From NCBI GenBank assembly GCA_047495785.1, contig JBLDXI010000042.1, positions 4,278,001 to 4,342,000 on the forward strand: DNA of 64,000 nt, read 5' to 3'. Shown one piece after another: positions 44,113-60,225 of this stretch (its first letter is position 1; every line of letters starts with the position of its first letter). This DNA comes from Lepidodermella squamata. Lineage: Eukaryota > Animalia > Gastrotricha. Position numbers and translations under genes: made by a program. Under the pieces are notes generated by a model. The model ran no database searches. It saw only the letters and a program-made list of their open reading frames with translations, and was not told the DNA's origin.

Positions 44113-47100
44113 CTAAGACTCGCCCGGCTGTAATAGCGAGTAGTTTGAAAGCATCGAAGGCATAATTTGGCTCGAGCTCGTCGTAGTCGAAGTTGCCGTT
44201 GAAGCCGGTTGTTGTTGCTGCTGCAGATGCATCATCGACTGAGAATTTGTGACCAGGGAGCTCAAGCTGAGGGGCAAAGACGGCGTATTTGTAGCTGTGC
44301 TGCCTGAAGTCCCGGCTTGCGCTGCGAATGACAGCTCGGTGACAAAATTCGCCAGACCCTCGGCTTGCCGGTACTTGTGAATCACGTACTGGATATGGCC
44401 GTGCCGCTCCGCAAAGAAAGGCCTTAAAATCATAAAAATTTCAATTTTAAACGAACAAATAGTAGGAAAAATAGAAAATTTGTATAAATAATTAAAAAGT
44501 GAACGATTTTAAATTTCAAAAAAATTTCAAAATAAAATTTGAAATTTTTTCAGTGAAAAATATAAAATTTTTAAAATGTCGATGATGGTAAAAAGAAATG
44601 ATAATTACCTGTAATGAGGTCTAGCAAAAGCAAGGCTCCTCGAAGCGCCAATAGCCGACGATCGAACAGCCGCGGCAAGGGTAGCAGCGTCTAAAACAGC
44701 ACCATTATACAGTGGTGGGCCGATGACAAGATGCGGCGCGTCGCTGGTCGATGAAAAGCCGTGCTTTCGCTCGATATGAACCTGGTACAGGCCAAGGTCG
44801 GGTAGAGGCTTGATAACAATGACAACATCGCCGAAATCGCCCGGGATCATGTCACGCTTGTACCGCCGCCAATGTTCAGACCAAACAACTTGAACTTCTA
44901 AAAAATGAAGAAAAAATAATTATCATAATCAAAAAAAGATTTTTTTAAATTGAAAACTTTAAAATTTTAAAAAGTTGAGAATTTCGAAATTAAATTATTG
45001 AATTATTTTCAAATAGCCTACCGTCATTTCCAAGGTGTTTAGTCCGTTTTCGAACCGTTTCGTCGACAGTCGCACCGGGCGATATCATCGTCGCAACGTG
45101 GAACGCCACCTCAGCCGTCGCACTGCCGTAATACGGCAAAGTCGTGCCGTAGCTACCATCCCGAGCGACGCCACCCAAGAAACCCTGGTGATGCGCGACC
45201 GGAACCGGCCAACCGAGCCCGGCTACAAAGGCCTCGTATTCAGGCGAACCCTGCGAATTGCGCAACACACTCGCCGAATCTTCCTGACCACGAGCGACAT
45301 AGGCAACCGCGACTTTGTGGAAATCACTCTTCAAATGGTCCAAATGGCGCAAATCGCGGAAAAACGACTCCGACGACCGGAGATGGACGATATCCGAGCC
45401 GCCGTGGCCGGCTGTTAGCCATCCTAACGATTCGAGGAATAGCCTGGTTAACAGGCAAGCTGGTTGTTGGACTGGATTTGACGGTTCGTTATTCGTCGGG
45501 CTCAAACATCGAACGACCTCGTTCGGGCAAGCCGTCGGCGGCGCGACAGTTTCGCCTTTCGCCCAATCCTCCTTAACGAATTTTTCCTCGATTTCAGCGC
45601 AATGCGACACAGCCTCTTCAACATCGCAGGATATCTGCGGTTTAGGAGGTTGATCTTCCTGGCTCGGCGCCAACTCGGTGTTGTTCTGCGAGGCTGATGA
45701 TCGGATTTCGTTGAGGATTTTCAAGAATTGGCACTCAGACCCTGGTTCGCAAGTGACTTCACTGCCGATTAGCTTTTCGGTAGAAACAACGACCGGGTGG
45801 TTGTCGGGTGATTTTTGCGGTTCTTGCGGCCAGTTGTGGGCCTCGACGCAGGCGGACCGGTGGCCGCAGACCAAACGGCTTGCCCACGCGTAGTTGCCGC
45901 TGATGTCACGAATAGCGAGTGACATACTCTTCTCACTTAGCGCCCAGGTAGATGGACTAAAATAGAAAAATTAGCGGTTAAAAACTCATTAAAAACCGAA
46001 CGCCGTGATCTAATCGAATAATATTCCCCAGATGAAATTTTTTAATGGAGATTCATTGTAAAAAATTGCAGAAAGCAAGTAAAATCGCTAAAATTTAAGA
46101 AATTTTAGGGAATTTCTAGAATTTAAGAAATTGAATATTTGGAATACCCAACTGTTCTTTACAAGCGCGTTTCCTGGTAATTTTTAGATTCTACGATATA
46201 CAGTGGAACCCCGATTTCCCGTCTTCTGCGGTTCCACAAAAATCCTGACGGGAAATCTAGGTAGTTTTGCGTGTAATTGCCCACTGCGGGTCCAAGTCGC
46301 TCCTAAATATTTACATGTCGCGATTTCCCGTCAGACGGAAAATCAGGTGACGGGAAATCGGGGTTCCACTGTAATTAAATTGATAAAGTGTAGCTGTGAT
46401 TGGTTTAATTACATAATATAAATTTAAAATTTAAAATTGAAAAATTATCCTTTAAAGCATTATTTGGTGTTAATTCAAATTTTAAATTTTTAAATTAGAA
46501 TGTTAAATATTTAAATTTAAAAATTCTTACTTGAAGCCAAACGTGTCCGCGTGATTTGATGAAGCATCCTCGTCAGCATGCACTGAAATAATCGCCTGGC
46601 CATGCAACGCAATGTACTGAACCGGCGATGATTCAGTCTCGAGACACGTCTCAGCCGCGCCAAAACTCGTGTCTTTCACGCCACTCGGCGCATGAGACCC
46701 CGAGGCTGAGTATGGGTACAGACCCAAATGCTGCAACAAGTACGCCAGGGCCCATCTAGCGGCTAGTTGTAGCAAGGACGGGGCCTGGGACGGTTTTAAA
46801 GTGGCTGGGGCCGGCGGCTGGTCTGATTTTGCCGACGCGGCGGATGAGACCGGGTTTGAACTCGAGGAATCAATGCCGCTTTCCGGGCGGATCGAGCCGT
46901 TGCTGACTTCATTTAGCGTGGCGCTCTTAACAGCACCAGGGTACTGCGAGCCCTTGGTCGCAGCGACAGTCAGGCCTTTGAACACCTTGTAGACGAGGGC
47001 GTGCGGGCCGGATGGGAATTTGACGGTTTGCAATAGGAATTTCAGAGGGACGGCCAGCGACCACTCGATGAGGCAGTACGTCATAAGGCAGCCTAGTCGC

Positions 47101-50100
47101 ATTTCGGCCTCGCGAGTGCAAGTCTCAGCGTGGTGACACAACCAGTACAAGATCGTGGACAAGTCCTATGAAAAATTTGATAAGTTGAAAACATTTCCAA
47201 AATAAAAAATGCATTGGTGGGAAATACTACAAAAATGCTAGAAATATTGATACCTATATTACGAATACTAAGACTCGCAATTCCGATAAAATCTTCCCAT
47301 ATTTCCATACAATATTTGTCCCAAAAAGTCATTATTTGGAAAGAATTCTCATTTTTACCGATTTTTCGGAATTTATCGTTAATTTTCGGTAATTTTTCGT
47401 ATTTTTACCTTTTTATCAGAATTTTCCCATTTTCTCAAAATTCAATCAAATTGATAGTAAGCTTTTCGTAAATGATTTTGTTTTTTTCGTAAATATTTAT
47501 GAAAATATAAACTTACTAGAATGAGATTACGGACGAGTTCTTCGCCACACCGCGTCGCCAGGACGCGTTTCGCGTAATTGGACAAATGCAGGAAAGACAA
47601 AACAGCCGACTCGCACACCTCGAGAGCACCATCCCGATCGACGGCGTGCGGGACGTAACGCACCACGCCGGATAATTGGCGAAAAACCGGCTCGAAATTG
47701 ACGTGTTCCGGGTGGACACTCGGTTCGACATCCCTCAACGCGTTTTCACATTCGTGCGACAGAAAAATTGTTAGAGTGCAGACTAACAGTTGGCCCAATC
47801 TAGGCGCGCCGTAGAAAACTGGCCGATCAGCGAGTTTCAGTAGGGTGGTAATTATTAGCTCGGTGATTTCGAGGCAAGAAACAGGCTTTTCTACTAAATC
47901 TTCGGTATTTGGGTCCAGGCAAATGATTTCAGGACCGTGAGACCGCATGAAACACAGCAAAGAGCCCATCAGTGAAACGGCAGATTCGAGTTTCGAAAAT
48001 TCTCCACCACCTTCGCCGCCAACAAATGAACTCGACATGGCTGATGGTTGTTCCAAATAACCTGAGAAGTAAAGAGAAATTATGATTTTCTGCATATTTA
48101 ATTTTCGCATTTTTTAAACAATTGAAAAATTTATTGAAAAAAATCAAAATAAATACTTAGATCGAACTTCAGACTCAATAAATGTTTGAGATACCAACTC
48201 AAATTAGCCTTTTCTGGGTCAAAATTAAAAAATTCGATGCAAATGAATTTTCGAATGAGCACCAATTTTCAGAATGTCTTTATTCCAAATAAGATAAATT
48301 AAAATTTTACAAATTCGAAAAATACTCAGTTCTTCAAGTTTTTCGCATTTTTTCATTCAAAATTTATCTTCAAAATGGCCCAAAAAATGTATAAATATTT
48401 CGTTACCTTCAATAACGATTTGACACGCTGCAGCAAGATCGGCAAAAAGCAACGTTTTCCCAGGCAAACTCGAGCCGAGAAACCGCACGTTCATCGCATG
48501 AACCAACGCACCAATCAGCGGCTTATTATGCGCTACAACAAAGCCATGCATCGCCAAATAGTAGGCAGTCACAAAATCAGCCGGCGGCGCTAGTTCAGGG
48601 TCGTGTTGCAAACACAACACGCGAGACAGCACGTCAACCGCAATGACATTCGACTGCAGAAAATCGGCTTCATTCGGCGCGAAATTGTGGAGCGAGTCGA
48701 AAAATAACGGCACGAATATGAAAATATCCGGCCGGATAATCGCATTGACCGACTGCGCCTCGCGACAAGCAACCAAACCCCTCGCGATATCGGATAGAAA
48801 TTTGAACACCGTCAAATGGGCATTCGGGTCTTTTGCCAGGGAACTGTTCGGATTTCCGATGATTCCTAACAACCGCCGCCAGATGACGTAGGCCGAGGTA
48901 GGGGTCCAGCCTAACGTACTCCCGCCGGCTAGAACTGGCCGGGAAAAGATGTTGCTGTTGCCCTGGTCAGAATGGTTCTGCATCATCGCAGTCTGGCTAT
49001 GCGAATCTTTCTCGTCGTCGTCGATTTCCGAATTTCCAGCCATCATTGAGTTGTTACTCAGTTGTTTACTATTTGTCGTATTGTTCGAAATTTGATCGCC
49101 GTCACCATTCGCCGCTAAATCAGCCATGTTTTTGCACCCACTTCCGACTGAGATGGTCTCCTGCGGTAGGTGAAGGCTGAATGAGTCGCGTTCAGAGCTT
49201 AGAACGTTGCTATTCGAGTCTTCCGGGCCGCAAAAACCGAGCGATGACGCGGCTCGGTCGACCATGACCAGCCCCGAGCCGGGTCGGCTGTGGTCACTGC
49301 CGGGTGGACCGAGACCCGGGGTGTCGGTGACGTTGGAACCAATGAGTTCGGGCGATGATGGTAGGCCTAGGGTGACAGGCGCTGAGCAGACGTGGATGAC
49401 GGTGGCGTTCGCTGAGCTGTAGAGGTCGTCGCCCTCCTGCACTGTCACGTCGGTAGGCGAGACTGGGAGCGGTGAAATCGGGGACTGGAACACCTGGAAA
49501 ATTGAATATAGTTGCAATATAGTTTTGAAAAATTCACTCATTTCATATTTTCAAATCATTTTCAACACTCAAATGCATGTTATTCGAAACATAAATTTTA
49601 ATATCATTAAATAGTGTCAATTTCGATCCATCTCCCAATTAGTCAAAATAAGAAGTACATACAGTTTAAAATTCCGAAGTTCCGAAGTACAACGTGGCCC
49701 ATAACTTGGGGATAATTTTTCGAGTTTTCAACTTTCAGCGAAAATCATGTTAATATTGCACAGTGGAATCTAAGAATAGCAATCTAATCATTTATTCCCG
49801 ATCCCATCGAGGATAATAAAAAATCCCCTTAAAATTTGATGGTGAAAAGTTTTGTAATTTTCGATTTTTTAGGTTTTGAATAGAATCCTGCGGAATTTTC
49901 CAAGCCATCATTTGCTTACCACTGAAATTTGAATTCATTTTCCTCAAACATCAAGGTAGGAAGGCCCTTGAACCGTTTGTGATAATACGAAAATATCCCC
50001 CAGCCCTAGAATTCTCGCTTAAGGATGATTTTTTAAAACTAAAACAATTACAGTCCCACATTTTACTAGCCCGAATTTGGTAGTGTTTTCGGCTAAAAAT

Positions 50101-53100
50101 AGATGAATTCTCTTGGGATCACTTAAAACACCATAAAAATTAATTTCAAGCGCCTCTCGAGACACGCTAATTAAAACTCCAATAAATCGAATAAATTCAC
50201 AAACCTCTTCCTCGCTAGCACTATGCCGCGTTGAAAGCACTTGGTTAGCACCCGGCTGCGAGTCGTTATTGCCGCCGCCAATCATCGTCAAATCGCCCAT
50301 ACTCTGCGACTTTTTCGCCGCAGCCGGCGTGTTCGTCGCCAAGTTATCCGTCGACGCGCCGCTGCCAACAGCCACCACAACCGGGCTCATCGTATCCACC
50401 CTACTGTCGAGCTTATCCGTCGAGGACGACTGGATTTTCGGCGGAGATTCAATGCTAGGCGATTTTGGTGGTAGAGATATCATCGAAGCAATCGCCTGCG
50501 GGCTGTTCCCCGACAACGACCTCAACCGCTGGTGGACGGCTGAGCCCGCCGCGTAGGGCAGGGTGAATGAAACGTCATCATCCGTCCGCGGGCCGGTCGA
50601 GAAAAAATCGTGATTTATGCGAGCTGACCGGTTTGGCACGACGATATACGACGGAATTCTCGCCTGGTTCTGCTTCGAGTCGAAATGCAACGTTCCATCA
50701 GATCGATCTGTCGGGTTTGAGACGAGAGGGGGCGATACCAGAGGTGCGTACTGCAAAGCATGTGGTCGTTTGACCGCCGTTGCCGAGACAGTCGGGACTC
50801 GCCGCTCGACGAATCGGCGCTGCGAACCGCCGGCTGAGTTCGCCTGCGTCTGGTAGTAGTGATGCGAGTGGTTGGACATCGATGACGAGGGTTGGCGGTT
50901 GAGGCGGTAGCCCATCCGGCCGCCACTTCGCCCGCCCTGCGCTGATCGTTCGGAGGCCATGGCGGCCGCACACGCCGATCGCCAATTCACTTCGAGGGCT
51001 TGGATACTGAATAGCTCAGTCATTTTTCGAACACACTTCATCCATTCGCCCAACACATCCTGAAAAAAATAATTTAATGTAGCCTAGATCCTTCTTATTT
51101 TCTAAAATTATTAACTAGATCACAATTTTGAATCAAAATTACTACAGTGCTCGGTTAGCAATAAATCAAATTCATCATTTTGAAAAAATAATTTCGAATT
51201 TTACAGAGCCTACATTATTACAACATAAAGAATGGATTCTACTTGTTAAATTTGATTCCTCAGTAATCAATCTATTTCAAGAAAATAGACGGATAAATCG
51301 ATAGTTGAAATTTTTCAAATTTTTCAAAATTGAAAATCCTTTGGTTTTCTTACCTGATTAGCGGCATATTGAGCCAATTTTGACGAAGCGCGGTCCCACA
51401 ACTCGGTCGGAATAGGTACAAAAAGAGAGGCACGAACTAAGGTGACTAGAAGGGTCTGTATCAGGTACCGCACAATCCGTCTAAAAAATTCATCATAAGG
51501 AACCAAAATATCAGCGGTAATCTAGCATACTTATCACTATCATCGGCATCTGGCTCGGATGGTAGTCGGCAATCGATGAAACCAAGAAGGGTGTTCAACA
51601 AAAGCTCCCAGCCATCTCGAGACATTGTAGCCGAGTGGGAAACAACCAAATCATGGCAGGTCGATAAGCTGTAGATGAAACCAAATAATTCCTACAATTC
51701 AAGATTTCTCAAATAAAACCTACATGTACATCGCCACTTCGTAATAGGCCATGCTTGAATTAGGTTCGCGAACTGGTATGTTACCAGAACCAGTTTTCGA
51801 AGCCTGGCCCAAGCTGCTCGCCTGACTTAGAGGCGTCGCGTGAGATTGGAATCCCATTTGACTAAAAGCGGCGGCCGAAGAGCTTAGAAAAACACTGACA
51901 AGGCTATCGAAAGGCAACCCGCCTGTCCAGCGATTTTCCTCGAAACTGATTCCTTTATCGTTATTTTCATCGGGTAAATCATCAGATTCTTCCTGGCTAA
52001 GACGAGAATGGCGCCTCGCGACTAATGCAGCCGCCTTCCTCAGCCACTCTCGGTAGGTTCGAGTAACAGCGGCAACTGTGGCTAGATGAGACGGGGGCAA
52101 GTAGTAAGCATGCCGTAGCATGGTGTGAATCGCTGAGACCATGTCACGATTTCCGGTCAAAGCGCGTAATAACAGCCGATCACCACTAGGCATCGTCGCC
52201 GAACCTATCGACGAAGTAACTGAATGCGAGTGGTGTAAAGAGTCTGGAATGATGGCAACTGCTGACGACTGTTCCGGCTCACCGCACGAATCGCCACCGG
52301 CTGACGAACCACTGTCACTACCTTGAGATCGCTGCATTATGTCGCCGTTACCCGGCGTCATTTCAGACACGCCGTTGTCCTTATCATCGTCGTCGTTTGA
52401 GATCACGTTGTTTTTCGCATTATTCACAGAATTAGCCGTCAAAGTACCTCCCTTTTTCACATCATGGCCGTTACTTTTGGAATGAGCTGCGAGTGATGAA
52501 GAAGAATGGCTTGTTACAGTAATGTGCCTCAACAACCACGTAAGGATTGTCGATTGACACCGCGCAAAAACTTCCAGGCCAAGTTGCGCGACAACATCAC
52601 CGCCATTTACGGGTAGAATGGTCGCTTTCTCCCAACCTTCGCCATCTAACGCGTCGTCATTATCCTGATGAGACGCGCTTTGATTTTGTTGAGAATTCGT
52701 TGATATATCACCGTGATGAACAATGTTTAAACAAGGAAATAAGCGAGTTCCATAATACTCCAGGAATTGTGAGAGTAGGAAGGCACAGCTGGAAGAATGC
52801 ATATCCAAATCAACCCAATAAACCTGCGGGCAATCTGGTGACATTGAAGCCAAGAATGTTTCAACGAGGGTGTCTAAAGACCCGGCAACGTTTTGCTGTT
52901 GTTCGGGCTTGTGATCGACAAGAATCGGCGAAAAAGACTCAACTTGAACACCATTGGGTCCAGAGGATGCAGATGAATGCTTGAAGCTGAGCGTACTGGA
53001 ATCAAACTCAGCTGATACTGAACCCAATCCGGGCAGCAACGACGCAAACATTTGATGACAAATCTCAGATGCTTCATTCTGTGTGCGTAACCAAATTTAA

Positions 53101-53566
53101 GCAAACAAAACAACGTAAACGAAATGCTCACCTGTAGTATTTTGTACCAAAGAACGAACAGTTTGATTCCAATGGCTTTGAGTAGAAGTTTGTTGCTGGG
53201 ATGCAGTAATCGCCTTAAAACTGTGAGAATGCTGTTGAAGTGCCATCTCTTTTGAATGAGCTCAGGAAGATAACACAGAATTTTTTCGAACGATGAAAAT
53301 ATCAAATCCAACTCTTCCGGTAGACTAGTTCGGTTCGATGCGCGTTGTTTACCGCTGTTGTCGGCGTCGTACTGACAGAAGCAATCATGAACAGTAAAAA
53401 ATAGCACCGATGCATTATCTTTGAAGAAAAGCTTGAAAGTCTCAAGATCATAGAGTAGGGCAAATTGTTTCAACAGCTTCAGTCGAGTCCAACCATCTTT
53501 TTTCAAATCAACAAGTTTTGATAACTTTGGCGGCTTTTTAGCTTCGGATCCAAATCGTCGTATCAT
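44113..53566 (-). CDS. RALGAPA: Ral GTPase-activating protein subunit alpha, multi-exon
   Basis: N-terminus KKDGWTRLKLL..EELDLIFSSFEKILCYLPELIQKRWHFNSI..LLHPSN; GWTPTSAYVIWRRLLGIIGN; C-terminal Rap/Ran-GAP domain HKVAVAYVARGQED..AFHVAT..KRTKHLGND(E)V..FGDVVIVIKPL. Confidence 0.93.
46201..46371. mobile_element. Pogo/Tigger-like MITE in a RALGAPA intron
   Basis: Perfect 23-bp TIR CAGTGGAACCCCGATTTCCCGTC, TA on both sides. Confidence 0.92.
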
Positions 53567-54328
53567 ATCTCATCGCTGTAATTAATAAAAATCCTTCTGA
53601 AAGCACAAAAAGGATAAGATGAGATTCATTCTTCAAGTAGGAGATTGCTGAGAAGCTCAAGTCTCGAATCTTCAAACAAGCTTGAAAATCAGACATCAGC
53701 TTGAATATATTTCTACAAATGGCTGGAGGAAAATATTTTTGAACGCTCTCACGCTTTAACAGCTCAGAAGAATCAAAGGCCCGAGATTCTAGAGTCCGAG
53801 GGAACGTCAAACGTCAAACGCCACTCCCAACGTCCCACACCCCTGCCAAAAGAGCCGTAAAAAACGCCGCGAGATTTGGCTCCAAGAATGTCGAGTTTTT
53901 ACATTGTCACATTATTTACTGACATTATCATTTAAATTTACAAAGTTTTATCAGTGTCTATTTTTCATTTACACAGATGCTTACTGTGTTCGTTTTTTTC
54001 CTTGTTCTGCCTGTTGTTTTTTTGCTCACGTGATGTTTTGTGTGTGGTGTGTTCTAGAGTGTCCTGTTCCAGTTCATTCACCAGCTCATAGCGGCTTTTC
54101 ACATTTGCTGCAGTAGAAAGTAAATCCGTTTACTTAAACCTTTGTTTTGTCTGCCTAAATACCAAATCTTGCTGTTTTCCATTCATGGGAAGAGATTGTT
54201 TTGTATTTGCTTTTTGTTTTTTCCTGGATTGGTCAATTGTTTGAAGTACCTATGTTTAATTCATATGCTATTGATTTTCTCTTTGTTTAGCGTTTCTTGT
54301 TTGCGAGTTACATACTTATTCCTTCATA

Positions 54329-55394
<1,066 letters not shown>

Positions 55395-57919
55395 ATCGGC
55401 TTTAAAACATGAACACAAGAAAGAACAAGCTTAAAAGACTTGATGAAATCTATTGTGTATAATTTATTGAAATCACTGCGCATTTATTAGTATAATTTCT
55501 ATACGTATTCTCTTGCCCTGTGCTTGTGCTTAGCAAAAGAAAACGTAGACCCCGTGATACCACTTAACAGATTTTCGATGTTTGTTGAAAACAACAACGT
55601 GATATTTTAATCCCGTACATGAAATCTTGTCCTCGACTTCTATTCTCGTCTCAGACGCCTAGTTATATATGAGTTGTTTTCGTCTTTATTCTCACTATCA
55701 CACCCGGTTTACTTCCGAGTAAACTAAACTATTGTTTATCGAGCGATCCTGCCAAAGAAATTCTATGTGCGCAGATTATGTATGGTAAGCAAAACTTATT
55801 TTGTGATCTGTATGCATGGCGTCTGCTTCACCGTTTCAAATAAAATCTAGCATGTAGCAACCGTGGAAAGTACCAGAAATCGTTTGATTAGTGTTCATTG
55901 TTTGCGGCCGGCCCTTACCGGTAATGGCGTTATGTTTTTTCCCTACATCGCTCAGCGTCAGCAGCTTCAGGCCGTTCCAGCAGCCGCAGCGGCGGTTTCG
56001 TTTTATTATGTATTATTATTTATTATTCACTACTATTTCATATCAGCATCAGCCGATGAAGCACGCTCGTTGCGTTAAATAGCAGACACGCCGCTTTTAA
56101 ATGCGTAATAACAAATATACAAAACAACGCAGAAGACGATGGAGAGGCGAGGTATAATACTACTGATGATGGTACTAATAAAGGCGGTTCTACTGAAGCA
56201 GCGCCGGTCGGCTGTTTTTTCATGTGATATGTATTCAGATGTGTAGCTGAATACACGCAGCTCAGTCAAGTGAACACCGGATTTTGATTACTCGATAGCA
56301 TTAATAACCCGATTTTCGCATCAAAAGATGAGATGAAAGAGCATGAGCGCCAGCTATCAGGTAGGAACGCTCCAGACAAAATGGCTTGATGAGTGTCTCG
56401 GGCGAGGCCATAACTTCAAATGCCGTAAACTACAGTATAAAGGCCACACTCGAATAATCGCCGCACCTACCAGCATCACCCTCAATGAGACACCTGGGGT
56501 TATCCGCACTCTTAGCGCTAGCTGCCGGTTTGTGGTTTTTTTTCATTCGAGGAAAGACCCGTTCTTCTGCCGAATGCGTCTTTTGAACATGAGGTGGTAA
56601 TTTTGAATTTAAAAGTGTATTGAGCTGAACACCGGCGAAATACTTACCGCGGTCCTTACCGGCGAAAACTACCTTGAAAGACTTCTTAATCGATTTTAAA
56701 ATGTTACTTCGATGAAGCCTGTCTCATGTAGATAATTCTAGAATTTTCTTCCCGAATTCTAGCACCGTGAAGTTTCGAAGTTTCGTATAAGTTTCGTATT
56801 TTTGGTGAAGCAATTGGTGAATTTCGAAGCAATACCTTGAAAACAGCATTTAAATACAAAACAAAATAAAAAAATAAAATAAATTATTTAAATTTTCACC
56901 ACGCACACGATGAATCACCATTGACGCTAGATGACTAAGTTGAAAAAGGGGCATTACCATAGAGTTGTCAAAGTTGTACTAGCTTGTCAAAATTGTACCT
57001 TTCTTTCGAGCCTTTTATCTCAGGTAAATTACCTGGATCAGGCCGTGGAAAAAATACAACAATTATGCCCAGGACAAAGGAGTTCTAACGGTGTAAAAAT
57101 TTGCTCAGAATTCACCTGAATTGATTTTCTGGAATTTTTTTAAAGTTGTACCTTTTTGTTGTCAAAATTGTACCGTTACCCCGTTAAAAGGCTTGGAAAT
57201 AATACCTTTGGCCGCACCGACGACGAAATTGAGACCTGATTAGGACTACAAAATCATGGGCAAAATCAACGAAAAGCTGAATCAAATCGTTGCGCAATAT
57301 AATAAAATAAAAAAATTAAAATCAAATGCTTCAAAATCAAATCGCGCAAAAATGACCCAAAATCAATCAAATCCCATACACTGATCACCACCTGTGAATA
57401 TCGTGTATCATAAATCACTACGTTCTCTATGTCGTGCATGAAGTAAATGAAATAATATATAGACTTGGAAACATTCAAAAAATGCATCAGTTACACTCGG
57501 CTACGCCTTGATTTGCTCTTCCTTCGACTCGTTTTAACGTCTAGACTGGTTCGAGCCGATATTCCGGCTCGAATTTACCCACCTCTGACAGTGAACTCTG
57601 TGAAATCTGGAACCAAAGTTGCTGGTGGCTGGTCACGTTTTTCTTGTGAAAGGAAGAAAATGATTGTTGGACATTTCTTTTCTCTTCTGGCTTAATAAAA
57701 TGATGCACAAAAAAAAGACTTGATAATTTTTTGGAGATGTGTCTTAAATCTTGAATAGCTCAGACAGAATGGTTTTTCGAATGGGACATGTGCAAGTTAT
57801 CACAGCTTTTCTTGCGGGCGGTGAACATGGGCAATATTTAACCACTTCGTGGTACTTTCAACGACTCATTTTCTCTGGTTGTAAACATCATTTTTATTAT
57901 TAAAATTCGCAGATATAAA

Positions 57920-59932
57920 TTATATTAGAACAGGTTTCAAATTAGGAAAACGAGTAAAAAGAGTAGGCATGCGCTCTTCTGCAATCGAAACAACTTCGTT
58001 ATAGTTTTTCCAAAATGCTTCTTTATCCGCGATGTCCTCATTTATGATGAGGCTCTTTAGCATTTCCAATGTGACGGGGTAGCTTTTACAGTTCTCAACA
58101 TCGCCCAGCAAATGCTCTTTCCCTCTGAAAGGTCGTCGATCTCCAAGCACCAAATGCCCAACTGCCGATGCTAAAGAAGTGACATCGTAAGCTATTGTAA
58201 CGCCCGTTTGATTCATGCCGATAGTACGCGTAGATGGCGATTCCATCGATGGGTTGAGCCGCGAAGCTGATCCGAAATCGCCCAGGACGCATTCGTAGCT
58301 GTTGACTTGGAAAAGATTCTCCAACTTTATGTCACGATGGCCATAACCTTTCGAAACAAATGAGTGAATAGCCGACAACCCGCACAGCATCATAGAAAAA
58401 ATCTGTTCATCTGAAACGGCCTGCTCATTCTTGAGAAGTAGGCGTTTCCATAAGATTTCAACCAAGGAACCAGAATATAGCCTGAAACAGATAAATATAC
58501 AGTTTGACACGAAGAATTCTGAAGAATACGCAAGTGAAGGCAATCCCTACCTCGTAAATTCGTTTTTTATGTTCAGTGTGGGTTTTCGTCTTATCTAGTT
58601 GCAAAGAAGAGGGACACAGATGCGCTTAACTACGCTTTCGGGTGATTTTTTACAGAGTGGCCATAAAATTCTGCATAAGGCGAATTCGATGCGCATCATT
58701 TTGATGAGGAATTTTGAAAGTTGAAGAATTCCCAGCATTCTTTTGCAAATTGAACTCCTCAATTTCTTGAAACTCGTCATTAAATTGATGCGCATCGAAT
58801 TCGCCCTCTGTGGAATTTTTGGCCACACTGTAGTGCTCAGCATGTTCAGCGAGAATGAACCATTGTTCGAAGTTTCAGGCTGCTCACTGAAACTGTTCCT
58901 TAAATAAACCACGTGAATTCGGTTATTCAGCAATAAAAATGACGTAGAAGGGTCAGAATTGCAGTACTTTTTATCCTGAAAAAGAACCCACGAGAACGAA
59001 TAAATTCAAGATTTTCGGTTAAAAATAGGGTATTCTTTTCAGCGGAACCAAATTTGCCTGTTAGCAGAACCAAATTTTGCAAGTTTCAATGAGCCTAAAA
59101 CCACTTTTCGAAAATTTCAAGGATGTCATGAGTCACGATTGATCGGCGTTATGTTAAATATAAACCATCTTAAAATTCTGCATAAGACGCTTTCTTCACT
59201 ATAAATTTATACATTGCCTTAATTTCGTAGAAATATTCGAAAAGCGACCCTTTGCTTATCTAAAATTAGTTTCCGCACCATGCAGATTTGGTTCCGCAAC
59301 AGGCAAAATTGGTTCCACCAAAAGATATTCCGTTAAAAATATTATTACGCAATCAGAGAACAATCCCAAGTAATTCAGAAACGGTATTCAGAAGCTCTGA
59401 GAATTTTTGAACACTCCCCCAGGACGGGTGAAAGTGTGGACAAGATTTCACCGGATATTTCGTAATAATGTAAAGTAAAAGCAAGTAAAAATACCGAATC
59501 TACTTACGGTGCGATAATTGCAATTCGTTTCATTGCACCAAAAGCAACCAAATCGAGTGACTTAACTACAGGCATCACATAATGACCTATCACCACTTGC
59601 GCGACATTTCTTTCCCATTGTAGAAACTCCAAAGGACCAATTTTGGCACAGTATTTCTTTGACGGTTCGTTCAGATCTGTTGCTTCATAAATTTCAACTG
59701 GGTAGCCAAGTGATTCGGAGACATTTATCAGTCTATCAAAACGGAAGCCCGACGCAAATGTAGGTGGCTGAAAGGCATGAATGTGAAACATATGTCCACA
59801 TTCAGTACAAGTTGGTGGAGTAGTCGAAAAGTCGAAGAACTCCTTCTGCTTTTGAGTTATCCTGCAAAATATTCCACATAGGTCACACGGTAGCGTGTCT
59901 GCATGGCCCTTGCAATTAAAACCAGTTTCCAT
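57920..59932 (-). CDS. Divergent protein kinase with N-terminal Cys/His zinc-finger-like domain (~328 aa); exons 59932-59508 and 58481-57920
   Basis: CDLC..C..CTECGH..H, YCAK, helix-C Glu (WERN), HRDIKLEN and DFG; a phase-2 GTAAGT..TTTCAG intron joins the two ORFs in frame. An upstream exon is possible. Confidence 0.8.
58653..58830. mobile_element. Foldback Tc1/mariner-type MITE in the kinase intron
   Basis: TA|CAGAGTGGCCA ... TGGCCACACTG|TA; long inverted arms including GGCGAATTCGATGCGCATCA. Confidence 0.85.
59028..59332. mobile_element. MULE-like MITE with 9-10 bp TSD in the kinase intron
   Basis: TTAAAAATA on both sides; ~50-bp imperfect TIRs containing GGAACCAA(A/T)TTTGCCTGTT. Confidence 0.8.
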
Positions 59933-60225
59933 CGATAACTCTCTAAAAAGATGGAACAAATTAATGAACATCGAAACCAAAAACGGCGTATTTTCAAGGT
60001 CCTACCCAGGTAATAAAACTTAAGAAATTTGCATTGTTGAGCAAATCTGTCGGTTTTTCAAGCACGGGATCGCAAAATAGATTATATATATATGGGTGAG
60101 GGGCTTAAGTCGTTTCTCAAGTGCTTACCCTTAACACCAGAGGTTCAAGCGACTCGTCAAGGAAAAGTACGTAGGTAAAGCAACAAAGGCGAGTACCACT
60201 TTAAGCTTGTCGAGAAGAAGTTAGC

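Noticed and set aside
44990-52984. Numerous short + strand ORFs overlapping RALGAPA exons
   Set aside because: Antisense by-products of GC-richer coding exons.
57490-57655. Hairpin TTCGAGCCG..CGGCTCGAA and possible small basic exons on the minus strand
   Set aside because: Too short, and no complete gene model could be built.
58595-58933. 112-aa ORF between the kinase exons
   Set aside because: Largely spans a foldback MITE, and the flanking exons join in frame without it.
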